Positions 26,918 through 35,491 of a stretch of 64,000 bases of DNA are shown here, one piece after another. The stretch is taken from the IMG/VR virus record IMGVR_UViG_3300043470_000217, positions 61,558-125,557 of that record; one strand, given 5' to 3'. The stretch is from a virus. The notes beneath the pieces were generated by a model. That model saw only the letters and a list, made by a program, of their open reading frames with translations, had not been told where the DNA came from and made no database searches. Both the position numbers and the translations under genes were made by a program. Every line of letters starts with the position of its first letter. Position 1 is the first letter of the stretch.

Positions 26918-26925
26918 CAAATATA
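26918..26925 (-). promoter_or_regulatory. Bacteroidetes -7 promoter (TATATTTG) in front of tRNA-Leu
   Basis: TAnnTTTG 7 nt upstream of the tRNA 5' end. Confidence 0.65.
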
Positions 26926-26928
26926 ATA

Positions 26929-27069
26929 TTAATATTCTATTATACGGTCATAGTACTTATGTCTTGCTTTACTACAAGACTTGGGTAATTTACCATCACC
27001 GGTATAGCGCTTAGAAGCACACCCGGTAATAGTAACAATCAAAGCAAGCAATACAATTACCTTCTTCAT
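26929..27069 (-). CDS. small lipoprotein (46 aa, not in ORF track)
   Basis: MKKVIVLLALIVTITGCASKRYTGDGKLPKSCSKARHKYYDRIIEY, lipobox ITGC. Confidence 0.65.
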   Translation of the reverse strand: MKKVIVLLALIVTITGCASKRYTGDGKLPKSCSKARHKYYDRIIEY

Positions 27070-27072
27070 ATC

Positions 27073-27300
27073 TTAATTCTCAGTGATAACATATACTAAC
27101 CACATAAACAAAGTAATGATAGTCATTACAAAGGCTACATTGCCTAGAATATCCTGGAAACAACTAACAAAAGTGTTATGCCCCATAAGAGCACCCAGAG
27201 AAGCTAATAAACCGGCTATGATGATAGAACTCACCACAGTAAAAACAACAGGAACCACTATCATCAATAGTGACTTTCCAAGATAGATTATATATTTCAT
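27073..27300 (-). CDS. small membrane protein
   Basis: Two long hydrophobic segments. Confidence 0.6.
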   Translation of the reverse strand: MKYIIYLGKSLLMIVVPVVFTVVSSIIIAGLLASLGALMGHNTFVSCFQDILGNVAFVMTIITLFMWLVYVITEN

Positions 27301-27357
27301 ATTAGTTTAGTTAATAAATCCAGTAATACTAGTAGGTATAATACCCTTAAGTATAAG

Positions 27358-27384
27358 AAGCAGTTTAGACACATGCTTAGGTGT
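27358..27384 (-). ncRNA. small H-type pseudoknot
   Basis: ACAC-CU-AAGCA-U-GUGU-CUAAAC-UGCUU: stem 1 ACAC/GUGU, stem 2 AAGCA/UGCUU. Confidence 0.45.
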
Positions 27385-27512
27385 TTGTAAGGGATGACTT
27401 CAACTACCTTACTTCAATGGCTCTGTTTTGGTATACTGTATTACTACAGCGGAACAAACCTATCCATCATTTCCGCACTTAAGGCTTTGGAACTTGCCTA
27501 TATGATTTAGTT

Positions 27513-27677
27513 ACTCCACTCTGCATTCAATTGTAATAGAAAGCCAATAACACAAAAATGTTATCCGTTTGGGGCAACTAATTGTTCACCTATAAATAGG
27601 TTTAGTGTCTGTCCATGCTTTATATCTCGCTACTACAATTGCTATCCCTTGTGAAGATAGTTATGATGCATTAAAGT
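27513..27677 (-). ncRNA. twister self-cleaving ribozyme (type P1) with extended P5
   Basis: P1 ACUU/GAGU; L1 UAA and GAGUG; P2 UGCA/UGCA; P4 CUAUC/GAUAG with loop UUCACAAGG; T1 CAC/GUG; 12-bp P5 CAAUUGUAGUAG/CUAUUACAAUUG. Confidence 0.8.
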
Positions 27678-28040
27678 TGGTTAGGTTCTCGTACTAACCC
27701 CTATAACTTGCTTTTACTTGTTATAGACGCAGTGGCTTCACTATGGTTTACACCATTTCCCCCCACTGTTGTTATCTTTTAGCCATATAATGGCCCATTC
27801 GTCCCCACCTAATCCCACTTCTTACCAGTTTGTGATAAGTGTAGTTTTGATGAGAAGGTTGTTTGTCACTCTCTCTCACACCCTTACAACTGTCCACTGT
27901 ATTATACAGTTTGTCATGAAAAAGTTAAACATTATGACAATTGTCTCAAGAATTACGGGGTTTATAGTTTCAAAAGTTAAACAAAACTATTTTTCCTCTC
28001 TTACTAGAAGTTTGATTATATAGTGGTTTCTATATAAAAG

Positions 28041-28073
28041 AAAAAAAAAGAGATAGGTGTAACCCTATCTCTT
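28041..28073 (-). terminator. intrinsic terminator after ORF 28087
   Basis: AAGAGAUAGG-GUUACA-CCUAUCUCUU followed by a long U run. Confidence 0.7.
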
Positions 28074-28086
28074 AATGGTGAATTAA

Positions 28087-28578
28087 CTATTCATCTGATT
28101 CATCAGTGAATGGTGTTTCACCTTCAGCAACAGGTTCTTCCTGCGGTGTAACCGTGGAAGTATCTGCTTGCTGTGGCACGCTGGCAGGTTCTGCAACAGG
28201 TGCAGCAACTGTAGTTGACAGTCCAAGGGACGCCATCAACTGCTGTGCAGCCAACTGTGCAGTAGCCTGAGCCAAGAGACCTGTGCCTAAACTGTCAATC
28301 GCAGATTGCATTTTGGCCACAGTGTCAAACTTGGCGTACACACGGCTGCTGTCATAGTTCCACTCCAGTGTAACTACTGACGGCATGAAAGCGTCTGTGG
28401 TTTTCCACAAGGGCTTTCCCGTGTCTTCATCGTGCTGAAGGTAATCACCCTGTGATTCTTCATAAGCCTCAAGTTCTTGAGGTGTTGAAGCGGAAACAAG
28501 GTAAACTCTTACGAGTTTGCCTTTTTGGAGGCCTTTGGATGCACGATAAGTGCGTGCAAATTTTGCTTTAATGCTCAT
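28087..28578 (-). CDS. first gene of the leftward arm, hypothetical protein with Ala-rich and acidic tail
   Basis: Long ORF, visibly more GC-rich than its neighbours. Confidence 0.75.
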   Translation of the reverse strand: MSIKAKFARTYRASKGLQKGKLVRVYLVSASTPQELEAYEESQGDYLQHDEDTGKPLWKTTDAFMPSVVTLEWNYDSSRVYAKFDTVAKMQSAIDSLGTGLLAQATAQLAAQQLMASLGLSTTVAAPVAEPASVPQQADTSTVTPQEEPVAEGETPFTDESDE

Positions 28579-28613
28579 AATTTTTAATTATTAGTGTTAA
28601 GTGAAATTTTCAC

Positions 28614-28867
28614 TAAACAAAGAGTAAGGACAGAGTAGCCCTTTTGTAAAACATAAGGAACCACCCGCAAGGGGGGTTACGGGTGTGTGTGTGCAGCACA
28701 ATCATTCTTTCCCCCAAGAATGATGTGATGAACAACACTGTTCCCTATGTTTGTTTAGAATAAGTAATAGAGTAGTAATACTCTATTGGTTAGATAAATA
28801 ATACATAATTAATATGCAATTGCATATTAAACAAAGAGTAATAAAGAGTAGCCTTTTTCTTTTGTAG
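28614..28867. repeat. imperfect direct repeat TAAACAAAGAGTAA-N3/4-AGAGTAGCC, plus a 22-bp perfect palindrome
   Basis: Copies at 28614-28640 and 28828-28853; palindrome TTAATATGCAATTGCATATTAA at 28809-28830. Confidence 0.7.
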
Positions 28868-29016
28868 CCTATAGGGGGTAGCCCCCAAGCCTTGGGAAGC
28901 CGGGGGCATGCGTGGGGGGAATCAACCCCACTGCCACCCATAAAACAATCCTCATATACGTGGGGGGTATTAGAGTGAACCCCATGTGCCGGGGGTATCT
29001 TATCTCACCTTAAAAT

Positions 29017-29625
29017 TTAATTTATACCGTAGTAGTAGTTGTCCGTATCTTCTGCCACCCATCTATCACTTTGGTTTTCTACACTAGGTAGTTCTGTATC
29101 TACTTTGTATGATGTAGGGTGTAATGGGAAATCTTTAGTTACCCAGTTAGAGTCTTTCCAGTATATCCGGTTATTAGGCATGCATAGTAAGTAGCCATCT
29201 TCACTCACTAGTATATGTCCGGCTTTATAGTCACTTGGTTCATCACTGTATGGGTTATTGTACCAGTCTACTGTAAATAGGTAATTGGCCCAGATCATTG
29301 TTTTGTCTTTTAGAATTACCTGGCATCTGTGCTCACTTAAGAAGTCATAGTGTACTACGCTTACGTTTTCACTAAAGCAATCCCATAGTTGTTTGAAGTG
29401 AAAGGGGATATCGTTATCACACTCCTTAGTATATATCTCACTTATGGGTACTCTGGATCTTACCATACCGTAGTCAGTAATAACGTGAAAGGTTAGTATT
29501 TTACCCGCTACACTTTGTACCCCGAATACATAGATGTTATCATATTCTGTGTCCTCTGTATTCTTAGTGAGATAAGCCCTTTTTATTAATGCTTTGAAGT
29601 GAGGTATATTTGAGTTTAGAACCAT
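29017..29625 (-). CDS. conserved phage hypothetical protein
   Basis: LNSNIP...QLWDCFS...YLFTVDW...PNNR; TATATTTG promoter at 29629-29636. Confidence 0.75.
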   Translation of the reverse strand: MVLNSNIPHFKALIKRAYLTKNTEDTEYDNIYVFGVQSVAGKILTFHVITDYGMVRSRVPISEIYTKECDNDIPFHFKQLWDCFSENVSVVHYDFLSEHRCQVILKDKTMIWANYLFTVDWYNNPYSDEPSDYKAGHILVSEDGYLLCMPNNRIYWKDSNWVTKDFPLHPTSYKVDTELPSVENQSDRWVAEDTDNYYYGIN

Positions 29626-29714
29626 GATCAAATATATACCCAATTATTTTAGTATGTATATTTGTTAATAATTTGTTAGTGGTGGTAAATATATAAAGTG
29701 TAAACTTGTATATT

Positions 29715-29831
29715 ATGCCAGAGAATGAAGAAGTTAGCAGGCCGGTCACTTGTATTAGGTGTGGTAAACCAATGGAACCTGATGAGCCTTGTGATTGCAA
29801 TGAGCTGGTGTATGTGTACTGGGAAATGTAA
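29715..29831 (+). CDS. small zinc-finger peptide (38 aa, not in ORF track)
   Basis: MPENEEVSRPVTCIRCGKPMEPDEPCDCNELVYVYWEM. Confidence 0.5.
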   Translation: MPENEEVSRPVTCIRCGKPMEPDEPCDCNELVYVYWEM

Positions 29832-29842
29832 ATTATAAACCA

Positions 29843-30079
29843 ATGGATGAAAATAAAGAGCTTACACCTGAAGAGGTAAAAGAGCGTAAAGAAAAGTTAG
29901 TTCAGTATTATACTGAACAGGTAGAATTCTTAACTGTACAGTTAGAGTATGAGACGTTAGTTACACAGATTGAGGAACAGAGAGCTAAGCGCTTGCAGTT
30001 TCAAGTTATGGTGGCTAATATGTTGGCCCCGGATGAAGAGGAGGAAGAGGAAAAGCCAAGAACACTTAAGAGGTCATGA
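29843..30079 (+). CDS. hypothetical coiled-coil protein
   Basis: Start of the rightward operon. Confidence 0.7.
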   Translation: MDENKELTPEEVKERKEKLVQYYTEQVEFLTVQLEYETLVTQIEEQRAKRLQFQVMVANMLAPDEEEEEEKPRTLKRS

Positions 30080-30444
30080 TCGTAAATCAAGTTAGTAAGA
30101 AGGTTAAGATGGATAAGAGTGATATTGTAAAGTATCAACTCCTCACCCATTGTTATCTTGAAAGGATTAACGTTAGTAACGCTGATCTTGATTGTCTTAC
30201 TATGCTTGCATTTAATGGGGAGATTGAGCTTACCGAGTTTTGTAATTATGTATCAGATGAGGGGATCTTCAAGACCCCTCAATCTGTTAGAAATGCAGTC
30301 ATCAAGTTTGAACGCAAAGGCATGATTGAAAAGAATGGTAAGGGAAGGAAGATGATTAAGTTGGCACCCGTCCTTAATGTGCAAGCCACTGGTAATGTTT
30401 TATTAGATTATAAATTTGTAAGTATTGAACCCCAAGAAGTATAA
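30076..30444 (+). CDS. winged-helix DNA-binding protein
   Basis: TPQSVRNAVIKFERKGMIEKNG wHTH pattern. Confidence 0.55.
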   Translation: MIVNQVSKKVKMDKSDIVKYQLLTHCYLERINVSNADLDCLTMLAFNGEIELTEFCNYVSDEGIFKTPQSVRNAVIKFERKGMIEKNGKGRKMIKLAPVLNVQATGNVLLDYKFVSIEPQEV

Positions 30445-30808
30445 AGATATCTTAAAGCAAACGTCTATAGAATTAGAGATGGAACAGAAAGTAGTTAAAG
30501 CTGTTACTGACTTTTACTGGGACAAAGCTAGGAAGTCTTTATCTTCTCTAGAGGATCCGCACGTACTTATAGATGGCCTTGGTACTTTTAATATTAAATG
30601 GGATATTCTACAAACTAGTATCCGGAGATATTCTGAGTACTTAGCAAATAGAGAGAACTTAGTTTTTTCAAGATATCATGTGTACAAGGGTACAGTAGAT
30701 AAGCTAGAGAAAATGCAAGCACTAGAAATCAAAATGAAAGAAGAATATGAGAAAAAGAAAGATCATAGAAAAAATAAAAAACAACAAACTGACAACACTC
30801 TGGAATAA
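30425..30808 (+). CDS. HU/IHF-like DNA-binding protein
   Basis: Helical N-terminus followed by VLIDGLGTFNIK, the HU/IHF beta-arm entry motif. Confidence 0.6.
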   Translation: MNPKKYKDILKQTSIELEMEQKVVKAVTDFYWDKARKSLSSLEDPHVLIDGLGTFNIKWDILQTSIRRYSEYLANRENLVFSRYHVYKGTVDKLEKMQALEIKMKEEYEKKKDHRKNKKQQTDNTLE

Positions 30809-31082
30809 TAAGTCTTTAATCCTAGAAGGAATTAAGAACTATTTATTTACTACAGATACTATTGAGCAGATTGCATTAGAGCGCAACACTATATGTATGG
30901 CTTGCCCTAATTATGATGTTACCGGGGCTAGTTGTTTGGCACCAGGTTCACAACCATGTTGCTCTAACTGTGGGTGTTCGTTAAAATTCAAGACTAGAAG
31001 TTTATCTTCTGAGTGTCCTGTAAAGAAATGGCCGGCATTACTTACTCAAGAAGAGGAGGATGATTTATTATCTAAGTTATGA
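30747..31082 (+). CDS. Cys-rich zinc-binding protein
   Basis: ICMACP...CCSNCGC..K....ECP..KW. Confidence 0.65.
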   Translation: MRKRKIIEKIKNNKLTTLWNNKSLILEGIKNYLFTTDTIEQIALERNTICMACPNYDVTGASCLAPGSQPCCSNCGCSLKFKTRSLSSECPVKKWPALLTQEEEDDLLSKL

Positions 31083-31894
31083 GCGTAATATTTAAATCAC
31101 AAAACCACAAGTATGAATCTGTTGATTCATCTGAAGTAATAGAGTGGACTTCTGTCACCTCTTTTATATCTAAGTATAAGAAACCTTTTGATGCTCAGAC
31201 TGTAGCAGAGAAATCATCTAAGTCTAAGAAGTCTAAGTGGTATGGTATGTCTGTACAAGATATCTTGCAAGCTTGGGAGAATGAATCTACTAGAGCTATT
31301 GATCAAGGTAACTGGTATCACAACCAGCGTGAAGCTGACCTACTTCAATTGAATACTATTGAAAGACATGGTTGTATTTTACCTATTATTAGACCTCTTA
31401 TTACGGATGATATTAAATATGCTCCACCACAGAAGTTGCAAGAGGGTATGTATCCTGAGCATTTTGTATACTTAAAGTCTGCGGGTATATGTGGTCAATC
31501 AGATCTTGTAGAAGTGGCAAAAGGAGAGGTGAATATTACAGACTACAAAACCAATAAAGAAATCAAGAAGGAATCATATGTAAATTGGGAGGGTGTATCA
31601 CAGAAAATGCTAATGCCTGTTAGTCACTTAGATGACTGTAACTTTTGGCATTATGCACTACAGTTGTCCACTTATATGTATATTATATTGAAGCATAACC
31701 CTAAACTTAAGCCAGGGAAGATCACTATTCACCACGTATTGTTCTATACAGACGGTACAGATAAGTTTGGAAATCCTATTACTAAGCTAGATGACCAAGG
31801 AGAACCTTTAGTTAAAAAGATTGTGCCTTATGATCTACCTTATCTTAAAGCTGAGGTTATTAACTTAATTAAACATAAGCAAGATGCTAATTAA
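31079..31894 (+). CDS. PD-(D/E)xK nuclease
   Basis: G..YH, CGQSDLV, DYKT, YALQLSTY. Confidence 0.8.
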   Translation: MSVIFKSQNHKYESVDSSEVIEWTSVTSFISKYKKPFDAQTVAEKSSKSKKSKWYGMSVQDILQAWENESTRAIDQGNWYHNQREADLLQLNTIERHGCILPIIRPLITDDIKYAPPQKLQEGMYPEHFVYLKSAGICGQSDLVEVAKGEVNITDYKTNKEIKKESYVNWEGVSQKMLMPVSHLDDCNFWHYALQLSTYMYIILKHNPKLKPGKITIHHVLFYTDGTDKFGNPITKLDDQGEPLVKKIVPYDLPYLKAEVINLIKHKQDAN

Positions 31895-32399
31895 ACTATT
31901 TGACATAGTAAACAACAAAGTAGTACCTACGGAACACTGTTATACAATATCGTCTTTGAATGATATAATGACTGAGTACCCGGATGATTACTTAAAAGTA
32001 TATACCTACCTGTTCTATATGACTTGTCCTAATCCTGATCTTAACCCTTTCTTTAATGTTCCTGAACATGAGAAAGAAGAGATCATTATGTCAGAGATTG
32101 ATATGGATATTTCTACTGAAGACAATTTGATTATTCGGGGTATGAGCACGTGTAAGAAATTATATGAGACTCCTACGTATAGAACGTATGTAGGTATTAA
32201 GTCTATGCTAGATAGATTGGCCCATTATATGGAGACTACAGAAATCCAGCATGGTAGAGATGGTAACATCACTGCATTAGTAAACGCTGCTGCTAAGTTT
32301 GAGCAGATTAGGCAATCTTTTAAAGGGGCTTATAAAGATTTAGCTGAAGAACAACAAAGCCAAGTAAGAGGAAATATAGGATTAGCTTATGACCAATAA
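31884..32399 (+). CDS. conserved protein upstream of TerL (possible small terminase subunit)
   Basis: Position and helical C-terminus ending VRG. Confidence 0.45.
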   Translation: MLIKLFDIVNNKVVPTEHCYTISSLNDIMTEYPDDYLKVYTYLFYMTCPNPDLNPFFNVPEHEKEEIIMSEIDMDISTEDNLIIRGMSTCKKLYETPTYRTYVGIKSMLDRLAHYMETTEIQHGRDGNITALVNAAAKFEQIRQSFKGAYKDLAEEQQSQVRGNIGLAYDQ

Positions 32400-32610
32400 T
32401 ACGGAACAAAATTTATATGGATGGTTGTTTACATATAACCCCCATACCAAACTATGGAGTGCTTTTAAATCTGAGGATAAAGAAGCATATTTTAATAATA
32501 CTAAAGAATGTAAGTCTAGGATTTCATCTAAGACAATTGATACATTACTTTATATGATTATTAAATATAACGGACATGTTGAAGAACCTGAAGATCTAGT
32601 AAATGAGTGA
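32389..32610 (+). CDS. hypothetical protein
   Basis: ORF overlaps both neighbours. Confidence 0.6.
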   Translation: MTNNTEQNLYGWLFTYNPHTKLWSAFKSEDKEAYFNNTKECKSRISSKTIDTLLYMIIKYNGHVEEPEDLVNE

Positions 32611-34795
32611 AATTATAGAGATACCAACCTGGGATAATGGTGCATGGACTATTAGTACATTTTCTTCTAAAGAGGAATGGAGAGAGTATGTACTTACATT
32701 ATTTAAAGAACCGGGTCAGTATAACTTTAATGAAACAGCTTTATTGTTTAATAAAGAAGCCACTGTATTTAATAAGTTAGGCTTTTATACTGTTGCACCA
32801 TTTAAATCTAAAGATTACATCTATTACTGGGATGATCAGAAAAAGAAATGTAGGACCGGAGTATTGTACAAGGATGGCAAGAATGTATGGTATCTAACTA
32901 GAGACTATTACATGTGGCTTAACTTCCTACCTATTTATGATAAGGAAGAGAAGAAGTTTGGATTTGCTAAAGTCCGGGATGCACAGTATCACATGGCATT
33001 GTATGAAGTACTAGCTGAATTGTACTACAAACATGTAGCAATCTTGAAGAAACGTCAGATTGCATCATCATACTTTCATGCTGGTAAGTTAATTAATTCA
33101 TTATGGTTTGAAGAGGGTGTAACTCTTAAAATAGGTGCTTCTCTGAAAGACTATATAAATGATAAAGGTACTTGGAAGTTTTTAGATGAGTACGCATCTT
33201 TCTTAAATGAACATACAGCCTGGTATAGACCTATGAACCCGGATAAAGTTATGCTATGGCAGCAAAAGATTGAGGTAAGAAAAGGCAATAAGAAAACTGA
33301 GGTAGGATTAAAAGGTACTATACAAGGTATGTCCTTTGAGAAATCTGCAACAGCCGGTGTGGGTGGTCCTTGTCAGTATTTCTTCCATGAGGAAGCAGGT
33401 ATTGCTCCTAAGATGGGGGAAACATATGAGTACCTACGGCCAGCATTACAGTCTGGTATGGTGACTACAGGTGTATTTATTGCAGCAGGATCTGTGGGTG
33501 ATTTGGATCAGTGTGAACCATTGAAGAATCTTATCATGAATCCTGAAGCTAATGACATCTTTGCAGTAGAAACTAATCTATTAGACGGTAAAGGAACCAT
33601 TGGTACAGCTGGATTATTTATTCCAGAACAATGGTCTATGATGCCATTTGTAGATAAGTATGGTAACTCATTAGTAGAGGAAGCTTTAGAAGCTATTAAA
33701 GAAGAGAGAATTAAGTGGAAGAAAGAGATTGAGCCTGATAAGTATCAGTTGCGTATTTCTCAGAAACCTACAAATATTGAAGAGGCATTTGCATTTAGAC
33801 GGGAATCTGTGTTTGCAGTGCACTTACTTGCTGCTCAGTTGAGGAGAATTGAAGACAAAGAATATCCTTATGAATTATTAGAATTATACAGGGATGAACA
33901 TAACAACTTAACCGTAAAAGACTCTAACAAATTACCTATCAATGAGTTCCCTATTTCTAAAAAGACGGAGGATAAAAGTGGCTGTCTGGTCGTGTGGGAG
34001 AGACCTAAAAAAGATCCCACATTTGGAATGTACTATGCAAGTATTGACCCGGTTTCTGAAGGTAAGACTACTACCTCTGATTCTCTTTGTTCTATTTTTG
34101 TTTATAAAGCCCCTGTTGAAGTATCTAGAGAAGAGAATGGAGAGCAGAAAACGCATATAGAACAGGATAAAATTGTAGCAGCTTGGTGTGGGCGTTTTGA
34201 TGATATCAAAAAAACACATGAAAGATTAGAGCTAATTATAGAATGGTATAATGCTTGGACACTAGTGGAGAATAACGTATCTTTATTTATTCAATATATG
34301 ATCTCCCAGAGAAAGCAAAGATATCTTGTAACTAAAGATCAGATCTTATTCCTGAAAGATATTGGTAGTAATGCCAGTGTATATCAGCAATATGGTTGGA
34401 GAAACACGGGTACATTATTTAAAGCACACCTTATCTCTTATGCTATTGAGTTCCTTAGAGAAGAGATAGACCATGATTATAAGACAGATGGCTCAGTTGT
34501 AAAGACAACATATGGTGTATCTAGAATACCGGATCCTATGCTAATCAAGGAGATGCTGGCATATAGAGAAGGATTAAACGTAGATAGACTTGTAGCATTT
34601 ACAGCTCTAGTAGCCTTTGCAAAAATCCAACAATCAAACCGTGGATATTTAAAACGTAGAGAACTAAACCCTGAAAGTTTGGATAAGTCAAAAGATTTAT
34701 ATAAATTAAAAGTAGGGGCTTTTAGGCATATTGGGAAAAGCGGGTCTTCTAGCGGTATGCAAAGGCCAAAACAGGCATTTAAAAATTTAAGATAA
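32603..34795 (+). CDS. terL: terminase large subunit (crAss-like)
   Basis: KKRQIASSY Walker A variant, FFHEEAG Walker B, YYASIDPV RNase H-like motif, VENN, NVDRLVA. Confidence 0.9.
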   Translation: MSEIIEIPTWDNGAWTISTFSSKEEWREYVLTLFKEPGQYNFNETALLFNKEATVFNKLGFYTVAPFKSKDYIYYWDDQKKKCRTGVLYKDGKNVWYLTRDYYMWLNFLPIYDKEEKKFGFAKVRDAQYHMALYEVLAELYYKHVAILKKRQIASSYFHAGKLINSLWFEEGVTLKIGASLKDYINDKGTWKFLDEYASFLNEHTAWYRPMNPDKVMLWQQKIEVRKGNKKTEVGLKGTIQGMSFEKSATAGVGGPCQYFFHEEAGIAPKMGETYEYLRPALQSGMVTTGVFIAAGSVGDLDQCEPLKNLIMNPEANDIFAVETNLLDGKGTIGTAGLFIPEQWSMMPFVDKYGNSLVEEALEAIKEERIKWKKEIEPDKYQLRISQKPTNIEEAFAFRRESVFAVHLLAAQLRRIEDKEYPYELLELYRDEHNNLTVKDSNKLPINEFPISKKTEDKSGCLVVWERPKKDPTFGMYYASIDPVSEGKTTTSDSLCSIFVYKAPVEVSREENGEQKTHIEQDKIVAAWCGRFDDIKKTHERLELIIEWYNAWTLVENNVSLFIQYMISQRKQRYLVTKDQILFLKDIGSNASVYQQYGWRNTGTLFKAHLISYAIEFLREEIDHDYKTDGSVVKTTYGVSRIPDPMLIKEMLAYREGLNVDRLVAFTALVAFAKIQQSNRGYLKRRELNPESLDKSKDLYKLKVGAFRHIGKSGSSSGMQRPKQAFKNLR

Positions 34796-34956
34796 TGAAC
34801 TGGTACATAAGTACTACAGCAATGGAAAATATTACAGTTAATGTAACTTACGTTAGCTATTATTCTGATGAAGATGATGATACCATTGAGATGAGTTTAG
34901 ATGAATTAATAGAACAACCTAATACAACAATTACAGACTATGGCTTATCTTTATAG
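34795..34956 (+). CDS. small acidic ORF (not in ORF track)
   Basis: MNWYISTTAMENITVNVTYVSYYSDEDDDTIEMSLDELIEQ..., TAATG-coupled to terL. Confidence 0.4.
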   Translation: MNWYISTTAMENITVNVTYVSYYSDEDDDTIEMSLDELIEQPNTTITDYGLSL

Positions 34957-35482
34957 ACATATTAGATTAGATAAAAATGAGCCTTTTTATATAGGAATAG
35001 GTAGTGATGCTCAATATAAAAGAGCTAACTCTATTAATCCTAGAACTAAACATTGGAAAAATATTATTTCTAAAACAGCTTATAGAATAGACATTGTATT
35101 TGATGATTTAACTTGGGAAGAAGCTTGTGAAAAAGAAAGAGAATTTATTTCTATGTACAAAAGAAAATGTGATGGTGGAATTTTATGTAATTTAACCCTT
35201 GGTGGTGAAGGTGCATATGGTAGAATTTTATCAGAAGAAAGTAAAAATAAAATTTCTAAAAAAGTATCTGGTATAAATCACGGGATGTATGGAAAATCTC
35301 ATACTGAAGCTGCAAAAAATAAAATTGTAGAAGCTGCATCAAAAAGTGTAATTAATACAGAAACTAATGAGATATTTACATCTATAAAAAATGCTGCTAT
35401 CAGTATAAACATAAGACCTAATACATTAACACGAAAACTTTCCGGTATTAGACATAATGATACAGTTTTTAAATTAATTTAA
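34940..35482 (+). mobile_element. free-standing GIY-YIG-like homing endonuclease with NUMOD3/NUMOD1-type DNA-binding tail
   Basis: YLYRH..PFYIGIG..R..E..NLTLGGEG; HGMYGKSHTE; F.SIKNAA. Confidence 0.8.
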
Positions 35483-35491
35483 AAAAAGAAA

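Noticed and set aside
26609-26920. 103-aa ORF on the minus strand
   Set aside because: It runs through the canonical tRNA-Leu and the structured RNA behind it, so it is most likely a chance reading frame
27769-28023. 84-aa ORF on the plus strand
   Set aside because: Non-ATG start, opposite to the local transcription direction, no recognisable motif, and inside a hairpin-rich non-coding tract
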